Below are positions 37,525 through 47,582 of a stretch of 64,000 nt of DNA, piece after piece. The notes under the pieces are model-generated. The model was not told the DNA's origin. It worked only from the letters and a program-made list of their open reading frames with translations, and did no database searches. The translations under genes and the position numbers were made by a program. Position 1 is the first letter of the stretch. The number at the start of each line of letters is the position of its first letter. The DNA is from Chloroflexota bacterium (GTDB lineage Bacteria > Chloroflexota > UBA11872 > VXOZ01): the NCBI GenBank assembly GCA_965221905.1, contig OZ244922.1:1536001-1600000 (forward strand), read 5' to 3'.

Positions 37525-37733
37525 ATTACTACTGCTCATTTGTAGGAAATTTCAAAGAATAGGTATTTTCCAGGTGGCAAGTCTCCATGCAATACAAGCC
37601 TGCAAGCGTGCCGTCTATGATTGGAGAATTCCCAAACGACGTAGGGCGAAGCCCCCGTTCTCAAACTCGCCGCCGGGCGATTGTTTGAGCGCCTGCCAAG
37701 CCGCTATCTCCGCGAAACTTGCACGGTGCTCTG

Positions 37734-38231
37734 CTATTCCACGTCGTCCATTGGAGGCTCAGGAGCAGGTTCGATGAGTGCGAGTGGTTGGCCGTATTCA
37801 ACGGGCTGCCTCGATTCCACCAGAAAGCGCTCAAGCGTACCGGCATACGGCGCGTGGACTTCGTTGAGCACATTGAGTACCTCAATATAGCCCAGCAACT
37901 GCCCTTCCTCCACCGCCGCGCCCTCTTCGATGACGGCAAGTTGCTCCTGGTTGCGGCTGCGGGAAAAGACGCCAACTCTGCCCGCGTGCACGACTTGCAT
38001 CTGCGGCTCGGACTCTCTCACTGTTGGCGGTGGGGGCGACGACACTGTGGACACCATCTGCGCTGTGCGCTTGATCGCTACCCGCACACCGCCCTGTTCG
38101 AGAGATAGCTCTTCAACGTCAGTATCAGTGATGAGATCCAGCAGCGGCTTGAGACGTTCTTGCACAATCCAAGAGAGAGCGGTGGCTTGCCCTGAGGAAG
38201 TGTCTTCTGTTTCTTGGCTCTTCTCGCCCAC
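37734..38231 (-). CDS. AccB/BCCP-like protein lacking the biotinylation lysine
   Basis: BCCP-type N-terminus (LLDLITDTDVEELSLEQGGVRVAIKR), Pro-rich linker, biotinyl/lipoyl fold ending QPVEYGQPL; EVLNVLNE in place of EAMKMMNE. Confidence 0.8.
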   Translation of the reverse strand: MGEKSQETEDTSSGQATALSWIVQERLKPLLDLITDTDVEELSLEQGGVRVAIKRTAQMVSTVSSPPPPTVRESEPQMQVVHAGRVGVFSRSRNQEQLAVIEEGAAVEEGQLLGYIEVLNVLNEVHAPYAGTLERFLVESRQPVEYGQPLALIEPAPEPPMDDVE

Positions 38232-38794
38232 TAGGAACGTACCCGTTCAATATAGTTGTTCGTACGCGTATCAACCCGTATCGAGTCGCCCACGTTTACG
38301 AAGAGCGGCACGTTGACCACCAGTCCGGTCTCCACTGTTGCGGGTTTTGTGCCACCAGCGGCAGTATCCCCCTTAACGCCCGGAGCGGTATCGGTAACTT
38401 CAAGCCCGATTGACGGCGGCAACGCCACGTCGAGGACGCGCTCGCCATGCATCTCAAGCTCGACAGTAGCTCCGTCCTTGAGGTAATTCACCGCGTTATC
38501 CAGTAGAGCGCCATCTACGAGGATCTCGTCGTAGGACTCCGTATCCATGAAATGGAAAACGTCATCCTCTCGATAGAGGAACTGGGCCTGGCGTTGCTCA
38601 AGCCGAATTCGAGGAAAGCGCGCACCGGCATCGCACGTGCGATCGATGATGTGGCCGTCCTGCACGTGGCGGAGTTTGAGTCGTACCACGGCGCCGCCGC
38701 GCCCCATCTTGATGTGCTTCACATCTTCCAGTCGATAGATAGCGTTCTCGTACTCGATTACGACACCTCGTCGTAGGTTTCCGGTTTCGATCAA
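38231..38794 (-). CDS. efp: Translation elongation factor P
   Basis: HIKMGRGGAVVR, FHFMDTESYD, PGVKGDTA..KPATVETG..VPLFV..VDTR. Confidence 0.96.
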   Translation of the reverse strand: MIETGNLRRGVVIEYENAIYRLEDVKHIKMGRGGAVVRLKLRHVQDGHIIDRTCDAGARFPRIRLEQRQAQFLYREDDVFHFMDTESYDEILVDGALLDNAVNYLKDGATVELEMHGERVLDVALPPSIGLEVTDTAPGVKGDTAAGGTKPATVETGLVVNVPLFVNVGDSIRVDTRTNNYIERVRS

Positions 38795-38824
38795 CGCGCA
38801 ATGCCTCCCAAAATTCTGTACTTG

Positions 38825-39913
38825 CTAATAGGTCAACTTTGGCGATCCGGTGAGAATATCGGCACCGTCATCGCGCAACAACACCAAGTCCTCAATGCGC
38901 ACACCACCCACACCGGGCAGGTAGACACCCGGTTCGATAGAAACAACGGCGCCGGCAGGGAGTGGTGTATCGTCTGCCAGCGGCGAGAGACGTGGTGCTT
39001 CGTGGATTTCCAAGCCCACGCCGTGTCCAAGTCCATGTCCGAAATGGTCGCCGTGTCCGGCTGACACGATCACCTCCCTTGCCAAGGCGTCGGCTTCTGC
39101 CCCTGTCATGCCCGCTCGTACCTGTGCCTCCGCCGCTTCTTGAGCCTTCAAGACAAGCCGGTACACGGCTTGCATCTCCGGAGAGGGTGTGCCGAGCACT
39201 ACAGTGCGGGTCATGTCAGAGCAATATCCATCGGCGATGCAGCCGAAGTCCATCACAATGAATTTATCTGAAGGGATGATGTCGTTCCCGGGACGATGGT
39301 GCGGCATGGCGCCGTTGGGGCCGGCCGCGACAATGGAAGGAAAGGAAAGCCCTTCCGCGCCGCCTTCGCGCATGAGCACTTCCAAGCGCCACGCTACGGC
39401 TTTCTCGGTCACCCCGGGACGCAGCCACGCGAGTAGCTCGGCAAGCGCGCTGTCGGCAATCCTAATGGCACGTTGGAGCGCCGCCACCTCGTCCGATTCT
39501 TTAGCCACGCGGAGATTCTCCACCGCGCCTCGAGACCCGATGAGTTCAACTTCATCTTCAAGCGCCTCGCGGTACGAATCATAGGTTGCAACACTGACGT
39601 GCTCGGATTCGAACGCCAAACTCCCTAAGTCGTGCTGTTTGCAGAGGTCCAAGAGTAGCGGGGCCATTGGCCCGGCCTGAGGCACGACCGTGAATGTTTG
39701 CGCTTGCCTGCCCGCCTGCTCGGTGTAGCGGGAGTCTGTGATGAGAAGGGCGCTGGCGGCGCTAATCAGCAGCCATCCGGACGAGCCCGTGAATCCCGAT
39801 AAATAGCGGCGGTTATAGTCATTGCTGACAAGGAACGCATCCGCCTCAGACGTCTGAAGCCAGTCACGCGCTCTCTGTACGCGTTGGGCGGTTGAAGATG
39901 GGGCTAGGCTCAT
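38825..39913 (-). CDS. Xaa-Pro peptidase (M24)
   Basis: NRRYLSGFTGS, TDSRY, DFG..YCSDMTRT, HGLGHGVGLEIHE, IEPGVY..GVRIED; usual neighbour of efp. Confidence 0.93.
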   Translation of the reverse strand: MSLAPSSTAQRVQRARDWLQTSEADAFLVSNDYNRRYLSGFTGSSGWLLISAASALLITDSRYTEQAGRQAQTFTVVPQAGPMAPLLLDLCKQHDLGSLAFESEHVSVATYDSYREALEDEVELIGSRGAVENLRVAKESDEVAALQRAIRIADSALAELLAWLRPGVTEKAVAWRLEVLMREGGAEGLSFPSIVAAGPNGAMPHHRPGNDIIPSDKFIVMDFGCIADGYCSDMTRTVVLGTPSPEMQAVYRLVLKAQEAAEAQVRAGMTGAEADALAREVIVSAGHGDHFGHGLGHGVGLEIHEAPRLSPLADDTPLPAGAVVSIEPGVYLPGVGGVRIEDLVLLRDDGADILTGSPKLTY

Positions 39914-39986
39914 TGATGCAGTGCGAGTGGTAGGTGCGAATACTATTTCCATCCAATTGTAGCACGCCATCCGGCCTAGAGTTAGG

Positions 39987-40715
39987 CTATGGCTGGGGTA
40001 GCGCAAGGATTGCACTAAGGTCGATGAGCCAGCGCGCCATGCGGCCGGTAACGTTTATCTCCACCCAGGCGGCAAGAACAAGCAGGGGGATGACAAGAAA
40101 GACATACCCTTTGATGGTATTTGCCGCGGCCCATACCACATTTTCTGTGGCGCTTAGGGAACTCACAGGTCGAAACAACGACCACGCCAGGCGCATTGAG
40201 AGGGCACTGCCAAACGCAATGGCAGGCAATTCGAACACGCCGTGGGGCAGAACGAGCACTAGGCCGACAAGCACCTTTAGGGGAGCAATCATATCGATCT
40301 GCACGGCCAGCATGCCCAGAATTACTCCAGGCAGTGTTGCCACAATCAGCGGGTAGAGACCGAGCGTGAGGACGGCGAGCACAGGGCTAAGGAGCAACAC
40401 CCGCAGGTTATTGCGCAGGATAGCCGCAGTTGAAATCGACTCTGCGCCGCCAAGACTCTCGATCTGCTCGGCGTAAGCACGGAGGAGGGATTCGGTCGCG
40501 AAAGGATTGGTCTTGGCAAGGATAGCCCCGGCGACAATACCAACAAAGAAAACACCGGCGGTTAAGAGTATTAACCACCGGTTGAAGGCTAGGAGAGCAG
40601 GTATGTCTTGCGCATAGATGCGAATCAGAGTGAAACGATTTCCAGGTGCGCGGGGAGCGCCTTTTTCGTCACAGACGGCGGTTCCCAACCAGCGAAGTCG
40701 CTCCCACATTAGCAA
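39987..40715 (-). CDS. SpoIIM-family membrane protein
   Basis: ILRNNLRV, VLPHGVFELPA, LLVLAAWVE; multiple TM helices. Confidence 0.85.
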   Translation of the reverse strand: MLMWERLRWLGTAVCDEKGAPRAPGNRFTLIRIYAQDIPALLAFNRWLILLTAGVFFVGIVAGAILAKTNPFATESLLRAYAEQIESLGGAESISTAAILRNNLRVLLLSPVLAVLTLGLYPLIVATLPGVILGMLAVQIDMIAPLKVLVGLVLVLPHGVFELPAIAFGSALSMRLAWSLFRPVSSLSATENVVWAAANTIKGYVFLVIPLLVLAAWVEINVTGRMARWLIDLSAILALPQP

Positions 40716-40721
40716 AGTGTG

Positions 40722-40994
40722 CTAGCTCTTCTTGGATGCGTCCTCGCTGCTTGCAGCCTGCTCGGACTCCTCTTTCTTATCACTAGATTCCGCTTCGGAA
40801 GCGGCAGATGAATCGGCTTTCTTTTCCTCACCTGAATCGCCGGATTCTTCATCTTCATCCTTCATCGCAGTGCGGAATTCGCGGATGCTCTTGCCCAGCG
40901 AACCTCCCAGACCTGCGATCCGACTCCCCCCGAAGAGAATCACGATAATCACAAGGATGATGAGGAGCTCCGTCCACCCAAATGTGCCAAGCAT
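40722..40994 (-). CDS. tatA: Twin-arginine translocase TatA/E
   Basis: GWTELLIILVIIVILFGGSRI..LGKSIREFR with acidic tail. Confidence 0.93.
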   Translation of the reverse strand: MLGTFGWTELLIILVIIVILFGGSRIAGLGGSLGKSIREFRTAMKDEDEESGDSGEEKKADSSAASEAESSDKKEESEQAASSEDASKKS

Positions 40995-41410
40995 TCCTGT
41001 TTGCCCTTTCATAAGCAATGATCGCTCTAGACTTGAATTCCATGATACGCGCCTGGCAACAGAGAATCAAATTGACTCTGGACTGGAAGCGGCGGCCAAT
41101 GCCCGGGCAAAACGCAAGCGGAGTGTGCAATTTCCACAGTCTGTGTTCTAGTGCGCAAGAGCAGGCAAGCTGCTATGCCGGAGCAGGTCTTCGAATCTAG
41201 TCTTGACAAACAAGGGCAGACTTTCCTCGAATGCATGCCGTCGAAACAGGCGGCAGAACCGCATCCGCGGCCGCTCAGGGCCGAGGCACGCGGTGGTGGA
41301 AAAGCGGTTGTTTCTGACATAGTGCTATGCTATCGTGAAAGTAGGATAAGGGTGCCGCATGTCCCAATTCGCTAGTGCAGCGGGTGCCATCCGATCGCGA
41401 GGCTAGACCT

Positions 41411-42661
41411 ATGAAGCGCAAGCACTTCCTTGCAGTCATACTATCGTTTTCGCTCGTGCTGACGGTTTGCACCGGCGTCTTTGCAGCAGGCTACACAGCG
41501 GGATCCAGAGGATCTCCAATCCAGCCTCTGGCGGAAGTCCTATCCAGTGTTTTTCCCGGGATAATTCCTGCTGCGCCGCCGATCGGCCATGAAGGCAAGT
41601 TGGACCTCTTCCTGCAGGTCTGGGAAATCGTCTCGCAAGAATTCTACCAGCAGCCGGTGGACCACGATGAAATGATTCGCGGCGCCATACACGGCATGCT
41701 GGATACCCTCGGCGATCCGCACACTATCCTCCTTGATCCCTCGATGAGCGAACGAGCGCGGGAAAATACCCGTCAAAAGTTTCAGGGCATCGGCGCGCGC
41801 ATCGAAGAACGGGATGGGCAGATATTCATAAATTCCGTATTCCCCGATTCCCCGGCGGAAGGTGGAGGCCTGCAATCAGGTGACATAATCATGGCGGTGG
41901 ACGGTATACCTCTTGAGGGTGACTCCGCTGATGAAACGGCGTCGCGCATACGAGGAACGGCTGGGACTGACGTGGTGCTTACGATTAAGCGGGGCGAGGA
42001 AGAACCATTTGATTTGACTTTGACCCGCGCTGAAGTGGACATTCCCTCGCTTTCGTCGCAAACGTTGGCTGGAAACGTGGGATACATCAAGCTGTGGAGC
42101 TTCGGCGCCCTTACTGCCGATGAGTTGCGTGCGGAGTTGGAGACATTAGTTGACGCGAAGAAGCCCGGGTTAATTTTGGACTTGCGCGACAACCCCGGCG
42201 GCTTGCTAAGAACTGCGATTCAGGTAACGGGCGAATTCTTGAATCCCGGTGCTGTGGTGCTCTATGAACAGCAGGCAACGCACCAGTTGCGTCCGTATCG
42301 CGTGCGCAGTATAGGAGTGGCACGTCAGATTCCCCTTGTTGTCTTGGTAAATGAGCGCAGCGCCAGTGCTTCGGAGATCGTTGCCGGTGCGCTGGCTCAC
42401 TATGACCGTGCCGTCATCATCGGCCAGCGCACGTACGGCAAGGGTACGGTCCAACTACCCCACGACCTTACCGACGGCTCTCAGCTTCGCGTTACTATTG
42501 CGCGCTGGCTTACGCCGGGCAAAGAGTCGATCTCAGATGTTGGGATATCCCCCGCCATAGAAATCGAAGCCGATGTGACGCTACATATTGAAGACGACGT
42601 GGCAGTGCAGCGTGCTCTTCAAGAGCTTACGAAGTTGGCTGCTTTACCCGACGTTGCCTGA
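41411..42661 (+). CDS. ctpA: Carboxyl-terminal processing protease (S41)
   Basis: N-terminal TM, LGDPHT, PDZ FQGIG, LDLRDNPGG, SASASEI, TYGKGTVQ. Confidence 0.93.
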   Translation: MKRKHFLAVILSFSLVLTVCTGVFAAGYTAGSRGSPIQPLAEVLSSVFPGIIPAAPPIGHEGKLDLFLQVWEIVSQEFYQQPVDHDEMIRGAIHGMLDTLGDPHTILLDPSMSERARENTRQKFQGIGARIEERDGQIFINSVFPDSPAEGGGLQSGDIIMAVDGIPLEGDSADETASRIRGTAGTDVVLTIKRGEEEPFDLTLTRAEVDIPSLSSQTLAGNVGYIKLWSFGALTADELRAELETLVDAKKPGLILDLRDNPGGLLRTAIQVTGEFLNPGAVVLYEQQATHQLRPYRVRSIGVARQIPLVVLVNERSASASEIVAGALAHYDRAVIIGQRTYGKGTVQLPHDLTDGSQLRVTIARWLTPGKESISDVGISPAIEIEADVTLHIEDDVAVQRALQELTKLAALPDVA

Positions 42662-42664
42662 TGG

Positions 42665-43957
42665 ATGCCACGCATGAGTGAGCAAACTATGGTTAGGCAC
42701 ACGCTGCCAAACGGTCTGCGTGTGCTTATTTTGCCTATGCCGCATACTCGGGCTGTGACCGTGAGTGTCTTCTGTGGTGCCGGGTCCCGCTATGAACCGT
42801 ACGACCTTATGGGACTATCCCACTTTATGGAGCACATGCTCTTCAAAGGTACGGCGCAACGGCCGGATCCTCAGGAAATTGCGGAGGCTGTCGAACGAAC
42901 CGGGGGACTCCTCAACGCAAGCACCGGTCGGGAAGCGACGGTCTTGTGGGCCAAAGTGGCGTCGCAGCACCTCGCGATTGCCTTTGATATCCTCTCCGAC
43001 ATTATCCTCAATCCCGCTTTGCGTCCCGATGACGTAGAACGTGAACGGGGTGTGATACTCGAGGAATTAGAGCTCTATCAAGACACGCCTTCGGATTGGG
43101 TGCATGTGCTCATGTCTCGCTTGCTGTGGCCGGGCCATCCGTTGGGAGAAGACATTGGCGGACGCCCCGAAAGCATCATGCACATTACTCGTGATGATCT
43201 CTTAAAGCACGTGGAAGACTTCTACCGCGCCAACAATATGGTACTTGTGGTTGCAGGAGGCGTAAGTGCTGAAGTCGCCTTGGCGCATGCTGAGGAAGCG
43301 TTCGGCGGCCTACGTAAGGGTACCGGCCCTGCTTGGCTCCCGGCAGTCGCAACCCAGCCTGTCGATCGGGTAATTACGCAGCCTGATGAATACAATCAAG
43401 TGCAACTTTGCATCGGCGGCAAGGGCCTTTCCCATGCCGATCCCGATCGTCACGCTCTGGATCTACTCAATACTGCATTGGGTGACGGCATGAGTTCGCG
43501 TTTGGCGGTGGAAGTGCGCGAACGCCTTGGCTTGGTGTACGACATCTACTCCTATGCAGAGCAGTATTTCGACACCGGCGCATTCATCATTTCCGCCGGC
43601 GTGGACGACGCACACCTGGGAGGCGCCCTGGATGCCATTTGGGAGCAAGTAGACCGCCTACGACAAGAGAAGCTGCCGGCGGAGGAAATGGACAAGGTGC
43701 GCGAGTTCATGAAGGGCCGGCTGCTGCTGAGCATGGAAGATAGCTGGAACGTAGCAAGTTGGTACGGAAGCCAAGAAGTGCTGATGCACACCACGATAAC
43801 ATTGGACGAAATGCTCGCTACAATCGATGCCATTTCCGCCGACGACATTCTGCGCGTGGCGCAACGGGTCTTCACTCCGGGCTGGGCGCACGTGGCGCTG
43901 GTAGGGCCGGGACTCGATCGCGCGGCGATGGAAGACCTCGTGAGCATGTGGAATTAG
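42665..43957 (+). CDS. M16 (pitrilysin-family) zinc peptidase
   Basis: LPNGLRV, HFMEHMLFKG (HxxEH), ERGVILEE, GMSSRL..VRERLGLVY. Confidence 0.93.
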   Translation: MPRMSEQTMVRHTLPNGLRVLILPMPHTRAVTVSVFCGAGSRYEPYDLMGLSHFMEHMLFKGTAQRPDPQEIAEAVERTGGLLNASTGREATVLWAKVASQHLAIAFDILSDIILNPALRPDDVERERGVILEELELYQDTPSDWVHVLMSRLLWPGHPLGEDIGGRPESIMHITRDDLLKHVEDFYRANNMVLVVAGGVSAEVALAHAEEAFGGLRKGTGPAWLPAVATQPVDRVITQPDEYNQVQLCIGGKGLSHADPDRHALDLLNTALGDGMSSRLAVEVRERLGLVYDIYSYAEQYFDTGAFIISAGVDDAHLGGALDAIWEQVDRLRQEKLPAEEMDKVREFMKGRLLLSMEDSWNVASWYGSQEVLMHTTITLDEMLATIDAISADDILRVAQRVFTPGWAHVALVGPGLDRAAMEDLVSMWN

Positions 43958-44196
43958 ACCGTACTTGACAGCGGTCTGAGACATTGTCCGCCGCGCGTTG
44001 GAAGACAGTTATGGTTTGGCATGGCACATCTCTCGCAGTCGGAAGGGTTCATGCCAGGGCGGCGGCGGTGCGCTGGGAGCTTTGCAAATGAGAATTCCGA
44101 TGGAAGGGCCTGAGCGCGTACGTCGGTACGCGCGATGCAATTGACTAAGCAGCAACGCGAGACGTTCGAACCACATAATTCGGACCAAAGGGGATC

Positions 44197-45435
44197 ATGA
44201 AGCTAAGAGATTTCCTGCAATGGGGTGAGCAAGCGCTTGCGCTGCGGCACAATGAGCTTGCAGAGGAAATTGCCCGATACTTGCTTAGGCAGTCTCCGAG
44301 TAATCTGTCGGCTCGCGCCCTGCTGGGTAATGTCTACCTCAAGTCCGCCCGGCTCAAAGACGCCGAAGACCATCTCTTGCAGGCGCTTGACATGGACCCG
44401 GAAGATGTGGCCACACTCACAAGCTATGCTGAGGTCTTGGAAGCCCTTATACGAGATGAGGAACGACTGGTCGTGCTCCGGCGGGCGTTCGAGTGTGATC
44501 CCACCCGCACGGAGGTGAAGCAGCGTTTGCTGGCGTTAGAAGGTGGTTTGCAGAGCGAGACCAGCGGCAATGGGTTCTTGACGCGGGTCGGTCTCGCGCG
44601 CATTCATCTGCGTAGCGGGTTGCTGGAGCATGCGATTTCTGAGTTTCGTTATTTGCTAGAAGATACGCATATACACTGGAGCGGCCAAGTGGCGCTCATG
44701 GAGGCGTATTGGCTCAACGGGGATAGGCAGGCAACGAGTAGACTCGCCGATGAGATCGTACGCGAGCACCCGAATTGCTTGAAGGCGATCTTGCTGTCAG
44801 CCGACGTGCGAGCGCACATGGGTCTTATCGACCAAGCGCGGCAACTCTTGGAGCGCGCGCGCCAGATAGACCCGGACTTTGCTCTTGCACGTGCGCTCTA
44901 CCCTGCCAACGGCCCGTCCCGCTTGCCCTTGCCGAGTGACGACGCAGAGATAGATGTTCCGGTAGACTTCCTGCAGCGGATCGAATCTACTTTGACCACA
45001 GACAGCGAGACGGAAGAGCCCGATGCACGGACCCGCGCGGCTGCCCGCCTCAGTGCGCGCGCCGCTGCAGGCAGCCGAGTAGGTCAACAACGCATCCTCG
45101 TCACTCCCTCCCTGGGATCCGAGCCGGAGGCGGCTGATACGGCAGCCATGGATAATCGGTTCGCGGCTGAATCAGAGCCCGATGGCGGCAAGGATGAGGG
45201 GAAAACCGAGACGTGGGACGCACTGCTGCTCAAGCTGGAGCGGGAAGGCGGCCAACTGGATGTGGCCGCGTTGGATGCAATCGCCCAGCAAGTCGAGGCC
45301 ATCGCGGCGGCGGCACCCAATAAACTGCAAGCATGGCAGCAACTTGGCGACGTATATCAGCGGATCGAACAGACAGACCGCGCCATGCGCGCCTACATGC
45401 ACGCCCTGGACAGTAGCTCTGCACAGCAACGGTAG
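44197..45435 (+). CDS. Tetratricopeptide-repeat protein
   Basis: Helical repeats (LLGNVYL..A..L..AL..DPE; LARIHL..AISEF; LGDVY..AMRAY) with a low-complexity linker. Confidence 0.75.
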   Translation: MKLRDFLQWGEQALALRHNELAEEIARYLLRQSPSNLSARALLGNVYLKSARLKDAEDHLLQALDMDPEDVATLTSYAEVLEALIRDEERLVVLRRAFECDPTRTEVKQRLLALEGGLQSETSGNGFLTRVGLARIHLRSGLLEHAISEFRYLLEDTHIHWSGQVALMEAYWLNGDRQATSRLADEIVREHPNCLKAILLSADVRAHMGLIDQARQLLERARQIDPDFALARALYPANGPSRLPLPSDDAEIDVPVDFLQRIESTLTTDSETEEPDARTRAAARLSARAAAGSRVGQQRILVTPSLGSEPEAADTAAMDNRFAAESEPDGGKDEGKTETWDALLLKLEREGGQLDVAALDAIAQQVEAIAAAAPNKLQAWQQLGDVYQRIEQTDRAMRAYMHALDSSSAQQR

Positions 45436-45619
45436 CGCGGCCGCTTTGGTGACCACAACGTTAGCACCGGTTACTTGCTGCGAGTGAGCGTATCGCGTCT
45501 GACTTGCGGTGTTGGTTAGCGAAAGACTTTTACGCCAGGTTCGTGCTGGGGGTTGGCAGTCGGCTGGATTGACTGCTTCACGCAACGGTGGCATACGGTG
45601 GTATTAGGAAGGAGAACGC

Positions 45620-47293
45620 ATGAAAAAAATCCTACTAATCTTGGGGGCGATCATTTTGGCTCTTAGCGGCGCGCTTCTCATAGGCGCCTTGTTATTCATC
45701 GTTTTCGCCGGTGTTTCCCAAGACGCAGTTATGTCGGAATCCCGCTCAGCACTCACTCAAGATTCGAGGGCTCCGGCAGACGTTGCTGTCTTGGAACGGG
45801 AGGAATCGGCTCCGCAGTCGGAGCCTGCGGCGAAAGTGGCTGGCGGATCACAGAAGGTGGCGTTGGCTGCCCCGGTCCCGAACGTGAGCTTCGCTGACGA
45901 CGCTAAAGTCATCCGCAACGGCGTTCTCACACTCGTCGTGGAAAGTCCTACGACCGCAGTGGCTGGGGTGGAACAGATCATTGCCGGCATTCCCGGAGCA
46001 TTCGTCGCCACGGCTGACGTGCGGCAGGCCGGTGATCTGCAGCCGACCTCGCTTACATTGCGGGTGCCTGCAGCCGCATTCGACCGTGCAATGTCGGCAT
46101 TGCGCGCGCTAGCGGAGGAGGTGCTGGCGGAGCAGGTCACCGCCCGCGACGTAACTGAGGAGTATACCGATCTCGACGCGAGACTCCGCAATCTTCAAGC
46201 CGCTGAAACGCAGCTACTCGCGCTGGTGGAGCAGGCCAATACGGTAGACGACCTGCTGAAAGTAGAGAAACGTCTGTCGGAAGTGCGGGGAGAGATCGAA
46301 CAGCTCCAGGGACGGTTCAACGTCCTGGAAAATAGGATTGCCCTTGCGACAATACGAGTGCTGTTGCATGCACCGCCGGACCTTTCTGTGGTGCTCGCGG
46401 CAGAGAGTCTGCCCACTGCCCACGCCGTAACCTCATTCGCTCTGACCTATCGCAATGACGGCAGCGTGACGGCGCGTGACGGGATGCTGGTGCTTCGCGT
46501 TCCTGAGTTTCTCAGTATGCTCGATATTAGTCAGGGGGGCGTATACGAACCGCTTGCTCGCCAGATACGCTGGAATCTCTCAGATATTCCGGCCGGGTCG
46601 GTGAACACGGTCTACGCCCAACTGCGCGTGGAGTCTTCGGAAAACGATATTTTCCTGTATGCTGACATCCATTCGGCAAGCTCCGACGCAGATAGCGCAG
46701 ACAACGCTACCAGCCTGACGCTGACTTTCGCGCCGGATCTCACGCTGCAGGTCGACGGCCCGGCATCGGTCGCACAAGGGAGCAGTTTTCCCATTTGGAT
46801 GTTCTTTGCGAACACGGGCACGGCTGATGCCACCGACGTCACTATACGGACAACGCTCCCACCGGGTTTGACCTTCGTTCGCGCAAATTCCGGGGGCAGT
46901 TATGACAGCGAGACAAGCACTGTGGTGTGGAAGCTCGGTCTGCTGCAAGCAGGCGCGGGCAATGAAGTGCTCATGCACGTGCGGGTAGACGTGGCGGAGG
47001 GTCGCCTGCAAATCCCCGTTTCCATTGCCGCTGAACAGGATGATGCCGTTGCATTCAATAACCGGACCGAGATGTTTCTTACAGCTTTGAGTGAGGATGT
47101 ATCCACGCGTTCGGTCTGGCAGCCCGGACAGACAATCGAGACGAGCATCGCCGCACTCATAGTGGTGGCGCAGCGCGCTGTGGATGTGCTGATCTGGCTC
47201 ATTATCTTTGGGGTCCCATTGGCAATCGTCGGTGCGCTTGCGCTAGCCGCCAGGGCAGGCATTCGCCGCCTGCGGCGGCCAAAAGACGCCTAG
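45620..47293 (+). CDS. DUF4349-family membrane protein with two inserted DUF11-like Ig domains
   Basis: LTLRVPA, DVTEEYTDL..RL, EIEQLQG, then two PDLs...YxNxG...A...LP...W...L units, then WQPG and a C-terminal TM. Confidence 0.75.
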   Translation: MKKILLILGAIILALSGALLIGALLFIVFAGVSQDAVMSESRSALTQDSRAPADVAVLEREESAPQSEPAAKVAGGSQKVALAAPVPNVSFADDAKVIRNGVLTLVVESPTTAVAGVEQIIAGIPGAFVATADVRQAGDLQPTSLTLRVPAAAFDRAMSALRALAEEVLAEQVTARDVTEEYTDLDARLRNLQAAETQLLALVEQANTVDDLLKVEKRLSEVRGEIEQLQGRFNVLENRIALATIRVLLHAPPDLSVVLAAESLPTAHAVTSFALTYRNDGSVTARDGMLVLRVPEFLSMLDISQGGVYEPLARQIRWNLSDIPAGSVNTVYAQLRVESSENDIFLYADIHSASSDADSADNATSLTLTFAPDLTLQVDGPASVAQGSSFPIWMFFANTGTADATDVTIRTTLPPGLTFVRANSGGSYDSETSTVVWKLGLLQAGAGNEVLMHVRVDVAEGRLQIPVSIAAEQDDAVAFNNRTEMFLTALSEDVSTRSVWQPGQTIETSIAALIVVAQRAVDVLIWLIIFGVPLAIVGALALAARAGIRRLRRPKDA

Positions 47294-47582
47294 GATCGTG
47301 CTGTTGGGATGCGACAAGAGTGCAAGCCATTCGCAGAGTGTAGTGCGGCATGTTACTTTGCACAGAGCGACCCGGCCGTGAACCACAATGCATGGATAAA
47401 CCTCGGTCTACACATTCAAGAAACCGCAATGTACGCCGGTGTTTCGTACTATGCTCTGCCGGTCCTAATCTGAATTCGGAGCGGCGAAAATTGGGGCTAG
47501 GATGCAATTTGAGAACCTGGCAGTGCGCCGTTAGAGGATCGCATTGTTTCGGATCCAATCTGATTAAAGTGCATCTCAATAG

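Noticed and set aside
39987-40715. SpoIIM as evidence of sporulation
   Set aside because: The family is widespread in non-sporulating bacteria and no other sporulation genes are present
41240-41320. Possible SRP RNA in the tatA-ctpA gap
   Set aside because: Some end-to-end complementarity, but the conserved CAGG-GNRA-AGCA helix is not present
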